Translations under genes and position numbers: made by a program | Assembly (NCBI RefSeq): GCF_000015805.1 | Contig: NC_009073.1 | Span: forward strand, 1,505,762-1,537,761 | Reading direction: 5' to 3' | DNA length: 32,000 nucleotides | Origin: Pyrobaculum calidifontis JCM 11548 | Lineage (GTDB): Archaea; Thermoproteota; Thermoprotei; Thermoproteales; Thermoproteaceae | Part shown: positions 8,486-17,396 of the stretch, piece by piece | How the letters are laid out: every line of letters begins with the position of its first letter | Position numbering within the stretch: position 1 is the first letter of the stretch | Notes under the pieces: model-generated | Databases searched by the model: none | Told to the model about the DNA's origin: nothing | Seen by the model: only the letters and a program-made list of their open reading frames with translations

Positions 8486-8992
8486 CTACCTGTTTGCCGC
8501 CCTATATAAATGTTGAACTCTAGCGACGCCGCCTATCTCCTCGATGTACTCGGCCACTGCGCTTGGGACAAGCTCCTTCCACCGGGGATCTCCCTGCGCC
8601 ATTAGGCGCCTTACCTCCGTGGCTGAGTAGCCCTCGTGGTGTGGGTGAGCCCTCACCTCTACCCCCCAGTACTCAAGCGCGGCAGCGACGTAGGGGTTGT
8701 TGGAGTAGGCCACTTGGTAGGGGGGACACCAGTGGCGGACATATGCACCCCATAGGCTTGAGGAGCCGCCTGTGTCGGGCACTGTGCAAAAGAGGAGGCG
8801 GCAGTTTGGGCCAAAGTGCCGCCTGAACATCTCAAGCCTCTCGCCGGGGGTAAAGGGGTTTTCAAATGTGAGGGCCTTGTCTGCCGACCCCAGCGCTATT
8901 ACTACCTCGTCGTAGTGCGTGAGGAGCCACTCCACCACTTTTACATGCCCCCAGTGCAACGGCTGGAAACGTCCTACGAAGAGGGCCCGCAT
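8486..8992 (-). CDS. nadM: Nicotinamide-nucleotide adenylyltransferase (archaeal NMNAT)
   Basis: 168 aa. N-terminus [24 protein letters not shown] carries the GRFQPxHxGH nucleotidyltransferase motif, and [24 protein letters not shown] matches archaeal NadM. TATA-like taaaata (plus 9013-9020) lies about 24 nt upstream of the start. Confidence 0.85.
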   Translation of the reverse strand: MRALFVGRFQPLHWGHVKVVEWLLTHYDEVVIALGSADKALTFENPFTPGERLEMFRRHFGPNCRLLFCTVPDTGGSSSLWGAYVRHWCPPYQVAYSNNPYVAAALEYWGVEVRAHPHHEGYSATEVRRLMAQGDPRWKELVPSAVAEYIEEIGGVARVQHLYRAANR

Positions 8993-9000
8993 ATTTAAAA
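8993..9000 (+). promoter_or_regulatory. TATA box (atttaaaa) positioned to drive the C/D-box sRNA
   Basis: A/T octamer centred about 24 nt upstream of the C box at 9021. It abuts the nadM ATG on the opposite strand, so it is too close to serve nadM. Confidence 0.45.
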
Positions 9001-9016
9001 CTGAGACTCCGGGTAT

Positions 9017-9074
9017 TTTAGTGATGTTGTAGCTCGCGGCTGAGGTGTGACGAGAGGCATACTGGCTGACTAAA
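9017..9074 (+). ncRNA. C/D-box sRNA (2'-O-methylation guide)
   Basis: Canonical archaeal layout read directly: C box GUGAUGU (9021-9027), 12-nt guide UGUAGCUCGCGG, D' box CUGA (9040-9043), 3-nt spacer, C' box GUGACGA (9047-9053), 12-nt guide GAGGCAUACUGG, D box CUGA (9066-9069). Short UUUA/UAAA flanking complementarity. Own TATA at 8993-9000. The reverse complement has no box pattern. Confidence 0.65.
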
Positions 9075-9867
9075 GCAGAGAAGAAATGTGCATTAGTATC
9101 CTCACCACCTTCGCCGCAGTTATGTCGGAGACGTCGAACGGGGGGCTGTACTCCATGACATCTACGGCCACGGGCTTTAAAGAGAGCATTAAGTCGGCCA
9201 GTAGGAGCTCCAGTTTTCTAAAGGAGAGGCCGCCGGCCTCCGGCGTCCCCACGCCTGGCGCCTCGGAGGGGTCTAAGACGTCTATGTCTAGGCTTAAGTA
9301 CACTCTCCCCGAGGCAGTTGCCACGGCGTCTGCCACCTCGGACCTCGTGAAGTCTGACCCCTCTACCACGTAGAAGCCTGCCTCTTTTGCGTATTTGTAC
9401 TCCTCGTCGTCGTATGCCCTGACCCCTATGTACAAGGCGTAGAAGCCCAACTCCTCGTGCGCCCTTCTTGCAAAAGTGGCGTGGGATAGCTTTTGCCCAG
9501 GCGGCCACTCGTCGCGGAGGTCGAAGTGGGCATCTATGTGGACATACACGTCGGGCCTCAGCGCCCTCAGTGCGGCAAGCGTAGCCGTGTGTTCGCCACC
9601 CAGCATTATAAAGGGCGGCGTAGTCTTCCTAATGAAGGCCTCTATCCGCGACACGTTTTCGCCGGGCGCCCCGTGCAGTAGCTCCACGTCGCCGAGGTCG
9701 CAGAGCGGCTTTGCCACGTTGCCGAGGACAGTCGTGTACTCTAGATACGGCAGAATGCTCCGTATTTTCTGTGGAGCAAAGCGAGTGCCCGGCCTAAAGC
9801 TGACGGTGTCCTCCATCGGCGCGCCGAACAGCTTTACGTCTCCCTCGCGGCAGACGCTCTTAAGCAT
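9070..9867 (-). CDS. speB: Agmatinase (ureohydrolase/arginase family)
   Basis: Ureohydrolase Mn-binding motifs GGEHT, HIDAHFDLR and SLDIDVLDPSEAPGVGTPE. The preferred start is ATG 9867 (MLKSVCREG...), with TATA tataaaaa (plus 9890-9897) upstream. The track start is TTG 9888. Confidence 0.85.
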   Translation of the reverse strand: MLKSVCREGDVKLFGAPMEDTVSFRPGTRFAPQKIRSILPYLEYTTVLGNVAKPLCDLGDVELLHGAPGENVSRIEAFIRKTTPPFIMLGGEHTATLAALRALRPDVYVHIDAHFDLRDEWPPGQKLSHATFARRAHEELGFYALYIGVRAYDDEEYKYAKEAGFYVVEGSDFTRSEVADAVATASGRVYLSLDIDVLDPSEAPGVGTPEAGGLSFRKLELLLADLMLSLKPVAVDVMEYSPPFDVSDITAAKVVRILMHISSLL

Positions 9868-10726
9868 GGCGCCTCTTCCTAGGGACAATTTTTATATCAA
9901 CATGCACTATGAGGGGGTGGAGCTTTGAAATTGCCCTTATGGCCCTGGTCCTCAAGACGTGTAGACGGCCGATGGTCATGTCGGGGCTCACCGCCACGAG
10001 GGAATACACAACTAGGAAGCTCCCAGCCCTCCTAATTTTTACGTCGATGGGGCGGCCCAGCTCGCCGAGTGCATCTCTGATCTTTTCCTCGAGCTCCTCG
10101 TCTCTGTACAATGCGCCCAGGATTCCGTAAGTGGCCTCTCTGGCCAAGCGCAGGAACTCGTAGAGCACGTATCCGAATATCGCCACCACAGCCGCCGTCT
10201 CCGCGATGTATAAGTGGAACAAGTTACTCACAACAACGGCCGCGGCGGAGAAAATGGAGAGGAATGTGTCAACCTTGGCGTGTGTGGCATCTGCCTGGAG
10301 TATGTCCAGCTTCAACACGCGGTAGTTGTGCTTTTCCCAGAGGTACATCAACGCCGTCACTGCGCCGCTGGCCAGCAACAGAAGCGTCATCCATAGGGGC
10401 GTGGGCTCCCCGTCCAGCTTTATAGAGGATGCCAGTAGGTAGGTGTAGAAGCCCACCACGGCTATTACAGAGAGCAACGTCAGCAGGCTCTCTACGCGGT
10501 AGTAGTCCCATGGGAATGGCCTAGAGCGCCTTGACGCAAAGTAGAGGCCGAATCCGCTGACGTACGCGATGGCGCTGTCCAGAAATCCGTGGAGTGCATC
10601 GCTTGTGACTAGGAGGCTTTGGTACACTACGCCGAGGAGGAGCTCCGCCAAGGAGTATGCGAGGGATATCGTCCCCATGATGAAGAGGTAGAGAGAGGCA
10701 AGCCATAGTCGGGTCGACGGCGACAC
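9860..10726 (-). CDS. Cation diffusion facilitator (CDF) family metal efflux transporter
   Basis: 288 aa with six hydrophobic segments. TM2-like SDALHGFLDSA and TM5-like ADATHAKVDTFLS (H/D metal-site pairs typical of CDF proteins). C-terminal cytoplasmic alpha/beta domain. GTG start 10726. Confidence 0.7.
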   Translation of the reverse strand: MSPSTRLWLASLYLFIMGTISLAYSLAELLLGVVYQSLLVTSDALHGFLDSAIAYVSGFGLYFASRRSRPFPWDYYRVESLLTLLSVIAVVGFYTYLLASSIKLDGEPTPLWMTLLLLASGAVTALMYLWEKHNYRVLKLDILQADATHAKVDTFLSIFSAAAVVVSNLFHLYIAETAAVVAIFGYVLYEFLRLAREATYGILGALYRDEELEEKIRDALGELGRPIDVKIRRAGSFLVVYSLVAVSPDMTIGRLHVLRTRAIRAISKLHPLIVHVDIKIVPRKRRHA

Positions 10727-10768
10727 GGCTCTTGGAAAGGCTTAAAATATATTTACTACATGGGCGCA

Positions 10769-12526
10769 ATGGGGCGTGCTGAGCGGCTTGAGGAGATCGT
10801 AAAGAGGAGGTTGATCTATTGGCCCAGCTCGGAGATCTATGGCGGCATCGGCGGCTTTTATGATTTCGGCCCCCTGGGGGTGCAGATTAGGCGGAATATT
10901 GTCGAGAAGTGGAGACGCACCTTCGTCTTACCCTACCAAGACTTCATCGTGGAGGTGGAAACTCCCATAATTATGCCCGAGCCCGTGTTCAAGGCCTCCG
11001 GCCACCTGGACCATTTCACAGACTACGTAGTGACGTGTAGTAAGTGTGGTAGAAAGTTTAGGGCGGATCACTTGGTGGAGGAGGAGTTGGCCAAGAGGGG
11101 GCTCAAGGTGTCCACGGAGGGTCTCTCGGCCGCTGATCTCAAGCGCCTCATAGAGGAGCATAAGATTCGTTGCCCAGTCTGCGGCGGCGAGCTGGGGGAC
11201 GTGGAGACATTTAACCTCTTGTTTAAGACGACGATAGGCCCCTACAGCGACAGCGCGGGTTACCTCAGGCCTGAGACTGCGCAGGGCATTTTTGTGGCGT
11301 TTCCGCGGCTCGCGGAGTATGTGGGCAGGAGGCACCCATTTGGCGTGGCGCAGATTGGCAGAGTGGCGAGGAACGAGATATCGCCCCGCGGCGGCCTCAT
11401 TAGGCTGAGGGAGTTTACTCAGATGGAGATTGAGCTGTTCTTTGACCCACAGAACCCCAAGTGTCCAGTCTTCGCCGAGGTGGAGAACTTGGAGGTGCCC
11501 ATTGTGCCAGAGGAGCTCGTGGCAAAGGGGGCGACCGACCCGCTTTACCTCACGGCGCGGGAAGTGGTGGAGAAGGGGTACGCCAACGAGTGGATGGCGT
11601 TCTTCATGGCCCTCGCCGCCAAGTTCCTAAGGGAGCTCGGCGTGCCTCTAGAGAAGCAGAAGTTCCTCGGGAAGCTCCCCCACGAGAGGGCGCACTACTC
11701 GGCCAAGTCCTACGACCAGATGGTTTACACAGAGAGGTTCGGGTGGGTGGAGGTCTCTGGCCACGCATATCGCACAGACTACGACCTCTCTGGTCACAGC
11801 AAGCACAGTGGGCAGGAGCTCTACTTGGAGAGGAGGCTCCCCGCGCCGAAGGAGGTGGAGGTGGTCCGCGTATACCCCAACCCGGCTACTATAAGGGAGA
11901 AGTACGGCGATAGGCTGGGCGAAGTGGTTAAGGCAATTAAGGAGGCGGAGGCAAGGGTGGCGGAGGCCTTTAGGCAAGGCGCGAGCGAGGTGAGAGTCGG
12001 CGACTTCGTTGTGACGCGCGAGATGGTGTTTATCAAGGCCGAGAAGCGTCGTACCGACTTGGAGAAGTTTATACCCCACGTGGTGGAGCCGTCGTTTGGC
12101 CTTGACAGAATTCTATACGTTGTGCTAGAGCACGCGGTGGCGGAGGAGGGCGGCAGAGTGTATCTGCGCTTGCCGCCCGACATTGCGCCTGTGACTTTGT
12201 GCATTTTGCCAATTGTAAAAAGGGAGGACTACGTGGCCATTGGTAAGAGGCTTATGAGAGAGTTGGCGTCTGAGGGCTTCCTCGTGCACTATGACGACGA
12301 GGGGACTATTGGCAGTAGATACGCCGCGTGCGACGAGGTGGGGACTCCCCTCGCCGTTACCATAGACGAGAGAACCCCCGTCGACGGCACTGTCACTATT
12401 CGCGACCGCGACACTAGGAGGCAGGTTAGAGTGAAAACTAGCGACGTAGCCCGCTTCGCCGCCTTGGTTAGAGGCGGTGTTCCCTTTGACAAGGCCGCGG
12501 AGGCGCTGGGCGCTTCACCTCAGTAA
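10769..12526 (+). CDS. glyS: Glycyl-tRNA synthetase (archaeal/eukaryotic alpha2 type)
   Basis: Motifs YGGIGGFYDFGPLG, YLRPETAQGIFV, GRVARNEISPRGGLIRLREFTQMEIE and a C-terminal anticodon-binding domain. The ATG at 10769 fits the TATA spacing better than the track ATG at 10760. Confidence 0.9.
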   Translation: MGRAERLEEIVKRRLIYWPSSEIYGGIGGFYDFGPLGVQIRRNIVEKWRRTFVLPYQDFIVEVETPIIMPEPVFKASGHLDHFTDYVVTCSKCGRKFRADHLVEEELAKRGLKVSTEGLSAADLKRLIEEHKIRCPVCGGELGDVETFNLLFKTTIGPYSDSAGYLRPETAQGIFVAFPRLAEYVGRRHPFGVAQIGRVARNEISPRGGLIRLREFTQMEIELFFDPQNPKCPVFAEVENLEVPIVPEELVAKGATDPLYLTAREVVEKGYANEWMAFFMALAAKFLRELGVPLEKQKFLGKLPHERAHYSAKSYDQMVYTERFGWVEVSGHAYRTDYDLSGHSKHSGQELYLERRLPAPKEVEVVRVYPNPATIREKYGDRLGEVVKAIKEAEARVAEAFRQGASEVRVGDFVVTREMVFIKAEKRRTDLEKFIPHVVEPSFGLDRILYVVLEHAVAEEGGRVYLRLPPDIAPVTLCILPIVKREDYVAIGKRLMRELASEGFLVHYDDEGTIGSRYAACDEVGTPLAVTIDERTPVDGTVTIRDRDTRRQVRVKTSDVARFAALVRGGVPFDKAAEALGASPQ

Positions 12527-12558
12527 CACATTTTTAACCCCCACCCCCTGTATTGTAC

Positions 12559-12906
12559 ATGTCTGAGGGGAAGGACGTGGAAAGGGGTAAGAGGCTGTTG
12601 ATACCGCCGTTTCTCAAGCCTCAACAGGAGAAGAAAGAGCAGAAAAGAGGCGAGCGCAGAGTCAAAATACGCGCCGGAGATGTGGAAGAGGGCGTGGCCA
12701 AGTTGTCTAAGGACGTCTACGAGGAGCTCGATAAGCCGAGCGAGGTGGAGGTGGTGGCGCCAGGCGGCTCTTCTCACGAGAAGAAGAAGGTGTTCCGCGC
12801 CGTGTTAGACGAGAAGTTAGCCGCGGGGGAGGTGTTGGTGTCGGCTGAGGAGCTTAGGTCTCTTGGAGTGGCCGACGGCACTGTTGTTACAGTGAGAAAG
12901 AGATGA
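12559..12906 (+). CDS. Small basic protein with C-terminal VAT-N/CDC48-N-like (double-psi / cradle-loop barrel-like) domain; function unknown
   Basis: ATG 12559 (TATA atttttaa at 12529-12536; the track uses TTG 12553). K/R/E/Q-rich N-terminus, then two pseudo-repeats: [22 protein letters not shown] and [24 protein letters not shown]. These resemble the two halves of the CDC48/VAT N-domain. ATGA overlap with endA. Confidence 0.55.
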   Translation: MSEGKDVERGKRLLIPPFLKPQQEKKEQKRGERRVKIRAGDVEEGVAKLSKDVYEELDKPSEVEVVAPGGSSHEKKKVFRAVLDEKLAAGEVLVSAEELRSLGVADGTVVTVRKR

Positions 12907-13457
12907 TCAAAGGCGTCTTGAGGGGCCTTGCGGTAGTTGTAGAAGACGTAGAAAGCGGCAGGGAGCTGTATAGGCGGGGCTTCTACGGGCGGTTTCTAGG
13001 CTATGACAAGGTGAAGAGGGAGGAGGTGGATAAGGTAGATGCCCCGCTGATACTAGCCCTCTACGAGGCGTTGTACCTCGCGGAGAAGGGGGTGTTGACG
13101 GTGGTGGATGAGAACGGAGTGGAAATACCGCCTCAACAGTTGGTGGAGCTGGGTAGGGCTAGGATTAAGAACTTCGACGATATATACAAGATATACAAGT
13201 ACTTTAGAGACTTGGGCTACGTGGTTAAGAGCGGGCTTAAGTTCGGCGCCTTGTTCTCAGTGTACGAGAAGGGGCCGGGCATAGACCACGCGCCTATGGT
13301 GGTAGTGTTTTTGGAGCCTGACAAGGGCATCTCGGCTACGGACATTACGAGGGGTGGGAGGCTGGGGCACAGCGTTAAAAAGACCTTTACCTTGGCCACT
13401 GTGCTGAAGCCGGCGGGGGAGGTGGCTCTGCTCGGCTTTACCTGGGCGCGCCTCTAG
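12903..13457 (+). CDS. endA: tRNA-splicing endonuclease, catalytic subunit
   Basis: 184 aa. [39 protein letters not shown] and SVKKTFTLA match the EndA catalytic C-terminal domain (Tyr/His/Lys triad context). Confidence 0.85.
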   Translation: MIKGVLRGLAVVVEDVESGRELYRRGFYGRFLGYDKVKREEVDKVDAPLILALYEALYLAEKGVLTVVDENGVEIPPQQLVELGRARIKNFDDIYKIYKYFRDLGYVVKSGLKFGALFSVYEKGPGIDHAPMVVVFLEPDKGISATDITRGGRLGHSVKKTFTLATVLKPAGEVALLGFTWARL

Positions 13458-13840
13458 TCTATCTTGAGCTCGGCCACTCCGTACTCCCCCGCCTTGCCCA
13501 CCACCACTTGCAATACGCCGTCTCTGTAGACCGCCCTGGCGCTGTCCACTCTGAGCCTGAAGGGTAGCTCTATTTTTCTCGACACGGGGAAGTTGGAAAT
13601 GCGCTCTCTTCTAATGGGCTTCCCCTGGGCCTCTTGTTGCGACGGCGACGCCGTGACTTCCACTGAGCGGTCGTATACTCTAACCTTTATCCCCTCCTTC
13701 TTCACGCCGGGCATGTCTATGTATATAACCACGGAGTCTCCTAGGTCGTATATATCCACGTCTGGCTGTCTCTCCACTTTGCCGACATTGGAGTCGTACA
13801 GCTCTTTGAGGCCTTCCTCGATCTTCCTCACTGGCTCCAT
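13454..13840 (-). CDS. Small heat-shock protein (Hsp20/alpha-crystallin family)
   Basis: 128 aa. The alpha-crystallin core is [36 protein letters not shown]...[13 protein letters not shown]...[16 protein letters not shown] cttaaaaaa (plus 13858-13866) lies 22 nt upstream. Confidence 0.9.
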   Translation of the reverse strand: MEPVRKIEEGLKELYDSNVGKVERQPDVDIYDLGDSVVIYIDMPGVKKEGIKVRVYDRSVEVTASPSQQEAQGKPIRRERISNFPVSRKIELPFRLRVDSARAVYRDGVLQVVVGKAGEYGVAELKID

Positions 13841-13887
13841 GTAGAAAACTGCGGCCTCTTAAAAAACGGGGCTGGGTATTATCTGTG

Positions 13888-14106
13888 TTATTTCTGTCCA
13901 ACGACGCCTATGATCTCGCCGTAGGCGTTTATTGGGAATGAGCGGCCGCACTTGGGGCAATTAATGCTAAAGCCAATGTTGTACCAGCTTTCTCCAATCT
14001 CTACCTCGAACTTGTGTTTACAGTATGGGCATGTGGCGCGCACTTTTAGCGTCTTCTCCAGCTCTCCGCCTGAGTATTCCCAGTCTTCTGGAAATTCCTG
14101 GGCCAT
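13888..14106 (-). CDS. Zinc-ribbon protein (72 aa), function unknown
   Basis: CPYC...CPKC pairs (RATCPYCKHKFEV...INCPKCGRSF). Its start sits 21-22 nt from the shared TATA at 14124-14131. Confidence 0.6.
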   Translation of the reverse strand: MAQEFPEDWEYSGGELEKTLKVRATCPYCKHKFEVEIGESWYNIGFSINCPKCGRSFPINAYGEIIGVVGQK

Positions 14107-14123
14107 GGGGGGCGAGGTGGATG

Positions 14124-14131
14124 ATATTTAA
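14124..14131. promoter_or_regulatory. Single central TATA box (atatttaa) shared by divergent genes starting at 14106 (-) and 14150 (+)
   Basis: The 43-nt spacer contains one A/T block centred about 21.5 nt from one start codon and 22.5 nt from the other. Confidence 0.45.
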
Positions 14132-14149
14132 AAAGGTAATCTTCGACAC

Positions 14150-14866
14150 ATGGACTTCTGGGAGACGTTGGCAAGGCGGCGGTCGATAAGGAGGTTTAAG
14201 CGTGTTAAAATGCCAGAGGAGGACGTAATTCGCATAATGGAGGCTGGGCGGTCGGCGCCGACAGATGCAACTCTGCATCTGTGGACCGCTGTGCGGATTG
14301 TAGATGAGGCAAAGAGGGCCAAAATCGCGGAACTAATTGCGCAACCCCACGTGGCCGAGGCCTCGGAGTTTTTCGTGTTTCTGGCGGATTTGTATAGGCT
14401 GGAAAATTTGTTAAAGCACAGGGGGAGGGAGCTGGCGAAAGACCGCTTCGCCCTTTTCGTATTCGCGGCAGTTGACGCAGCTTTGGCGGCTGAGAACATG
14501 GCCCTGGCCGCTACTGCGCTTGGCTACGGCTCTTGTTTCATAGGCGCGGTGCAAAACGCCGCTGAGGAGCTCATAAAGATTCTAGAGCTTCCACGTCTGA
14601 CTTATCCACTCTTCGGGCTGGCGATTGGCGTCCCCGACGAGGACCCGCCTCCTCGGCCTAGGCTCCCCCGCGACATGTTGTTCCACGTGGACAAATACCG
14701 GAGTTACAGCAGAGAGGAGCTGGATGAGGCGTACAGAGTCATGGCGAAGATAACGAGGTCGGGGGACTGGCTGAGGCTGTTGGAGAGATATGCGGCCGCT
14801 GGGGGCTACTTTGAGGCGAGGAGCGCCCTCATGCGGCGGCTCCTCGGCGAGCAGGGGCTTGGGTAG
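14150..14866 (+). CDS. Nitroreductase-family flavoprotein
   Basis: The N-terminus [17 protein letters not shown] matches the RRSxRxF nitroreductase signature. [10 protein letters not shown] occurs mid-protein. Confidence 0.8.
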
Positions 14867-14868
14867 CA

Positions 14869-14879
14869 TTTATATATTT
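14869..14879 (+). promoter_or_regulatory. TATA box (tttatatattt) for arcadin-1
   Basis: Centred 22 nt upstream of ATG 14896, immediately after the nitroreductase stop codon. Confidence 0.5.
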
Positions 14880-14895
14880 GCCGGTTTTGGTTTCC

Positions 14896-15237
14896 ATGGC
14901 CACTATTAGGGGCATCGTCATTAGCAAGCAGTTGGTGTACGACCCGAGCGGCGCTAGATACATAAAAGTCGATATAATAGAGGAGAAGGAGTTGCCGGGC
15001 CCCGTGGCGGCCTTTTCTGCGCAAGATGAGCAGACGGCGCAACTCATGCGCGAGGTAATGCCGCTTGTTACACAGATAGTGCGGTCTCTCCCCTTCGGAG
15101 GGGGTAAGATAGCAGTGCCGAGGCTAACTCTGTGGCTGACTGACGAGGAGCTGGAGATGTTTGGCGACGTGGACGTGGGCGACGTCGTTTTAATCTCTGT
15201 AGAAAATGGCGAAATTAAGGTAAAGCCAGAAGCTTAA
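14896..15237 (+). CDS. rkd-1: Arcadin-1 candidate (113 aa), first gene of the crenactin cluster
   Basis: Lies immediately upstream of crenactin on the same strand, as described for the arcade cluster of Pyrobaculum. ATG 14896 is preferred over track TTG 14878 because of the TATA spacing. No enzymatic motif. The C-terminal segment [22 protein letters not shown] looks like a beta-hairpin. Confidence 0.6.
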
Positions 15238-15241
15238 ATAG
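15233..15241 (+). promoter_or_regulatory. TATA box (cttaaatag) for crenactin, overlapping the arcadin-1 stop codon
   Basis: Centred about 22-23 nt upstream of GTG 15260. Confidence 0.45.
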
Positions 15242-16552
<1,311 letters not shown>

Positions 16553-16562
16553 ATTTAAATAC
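16553..16562 (+). promoter_or_regulatory. TATA box (atttaaatac) for arcadin-2
   Basis: Begins 1 nt after the crenactin TGA and is centred 22 nt upstream of GTG 16579. Confidence 0.5.
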
Positions 16563-16578
16563 TGGCGTTGGATATATC

Positions 16579-17190
16579 GTGGATTTTCCCAAGGTCCTCT
16601 TAATACGCCACTTCACAGAGGTCTTGGGGATGAAGTACGCGGGAGAGGGGGGAGAGGTGTTGTGGTTTGAAGAGGGGTTAAACAGGGTGGCGGTTGGGAT
16701 ATACTTCACAGACTTATATGAGGAGGCCGAACTCTACAAGCGTGTGGGCGCGTTGATGGGGCTAGGCGCGTCTAAGGTCTTCTTGGCTGTGCTCCCCGAC
16801 GCCTTGGCCTTCGTTGACCCGCGGTATTTTAAGGCAAATGGGGTAGGGCTAGTCGTCGTGGACCCCGCCAAGGGCGTAGACGGCGTCGAGGTGAAGATTT
16901 TTGCAAGAGCTAGGCCTGCGGCAGTGGAGCCTCTGAAGATCGACGCCGTTAAGGCGGCGTTGCATGAGTATTTGGCATCCGAGTTGAAGAGAGTTGAGGA
17001 GTCCCTCTTTGAGAAAGTTAGACGGTATGTAGACCAGAGGGTAGAGGAGGTAAAGAGGGCTTTACAGGCGGTAGAAGAGGCGAAGAGGGCCGCCCCGCCT
17101 GTGCAGAGAGCCGCGGCTGAGTCTGCCCAGGAGCCCAGGGGAGGCATTGGCGAAAATGAGTGGGTTAAGATACTTAGGTCGAAGCGCTAG
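16579..17190 (+). CDS. rkd-2: Arcadin-2 (203 aa)
   Basis: Lies immediately downstream of crenactin. 203 aa with an N-terminal alpha/beta domain, a charged helical segment (LKRVEESLFEKVRRYVDQRVEEVKRALQAVEEAKRA), a flexible linker and a basic/hydrophobic C-terminal tail GIGENEWVKILRSKR. The length and tail agree with the arcadin-2 whose C-terminal peptide (residues 187-203) is reported to bind crenactin. Confidence 0.8.
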   Translation: MDFPKVLLIRHFTEVLGMKYAGEGGEVLWFEEGLNRVAVGIYFTDLYEEAELYKRVGALMGLGASKVFLAVLPDALAFVDPRYFKANGVGLVVVDPAKGVDGVEVKIFARARPAAVEPLKIDAVKAALHEYLASELKRVEESLFEKVRRYVDQRVEEVKRALQAVEEAKRAAPPVQRAAAESAQEPRGGIGENEWVKILRSKR

Positions 17191-17198
17191 GCTGTAAG

Positions 17199-17208
17199 AA
17201 TATATATT
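17199..17208 (+). promoter_or_regulatory. TATA box (aatatatatt) for the arcadin-3 candidate ORF
   Basis: Centred 23 nt upstream of GTG 17226. Confidence 0.45.
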
Positions 17209-17225
17209 GGCTAGTCCTCTCACGC

Positions 17226-17396
17226 GTGGACATCCTCCTCGAGGAGGTTAGGAAAGTCTTTGGGAACACCGACGAGGGGAAGCTCGCAGAGAGGCTCATA
17301 GTCGCCTACAGACAACGGGGGGCTAGGGGGGCTAGAGAGGTTTTAAAGAAGTACTTGGAGGAGTTGGGCGTAGATGTGGCGGATATCGAGAGTTGA
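17226..17396 (+). CDS. rkd-3: Arcadin-3 candidate (56 aa), absent from ORF track
   Basis: GTG 17226 to TGA 17394-17396: (M)DILLEEVRKVFGNTDEGKLAERLIVAYRQRGARGAREVLKKYLEELGVDVADIES. The composition is all-helical. A canonical TATA sits at the same 22-23 nt spacing as the neighbouring genes. It overlaps the arcadin-4 start by 23 nt. It fills the only gap in the cluster, at the position expected for arcadin-3. Confidence 0.5.
   Translation: MDILLEEVRKVFGNTDEGKLAERLIVAYRQRGARGAREVLKKYLEELGVDVADIES

Noticed and set aside
9476-9928. 150-aa plus-strand ORF antisense to agmatinase
   Set aside because: The agmatinase frame carries all the ureohydrolase metal-binding motifs. The antisense product has no motif and is Ser/Pro/Arg-rich.
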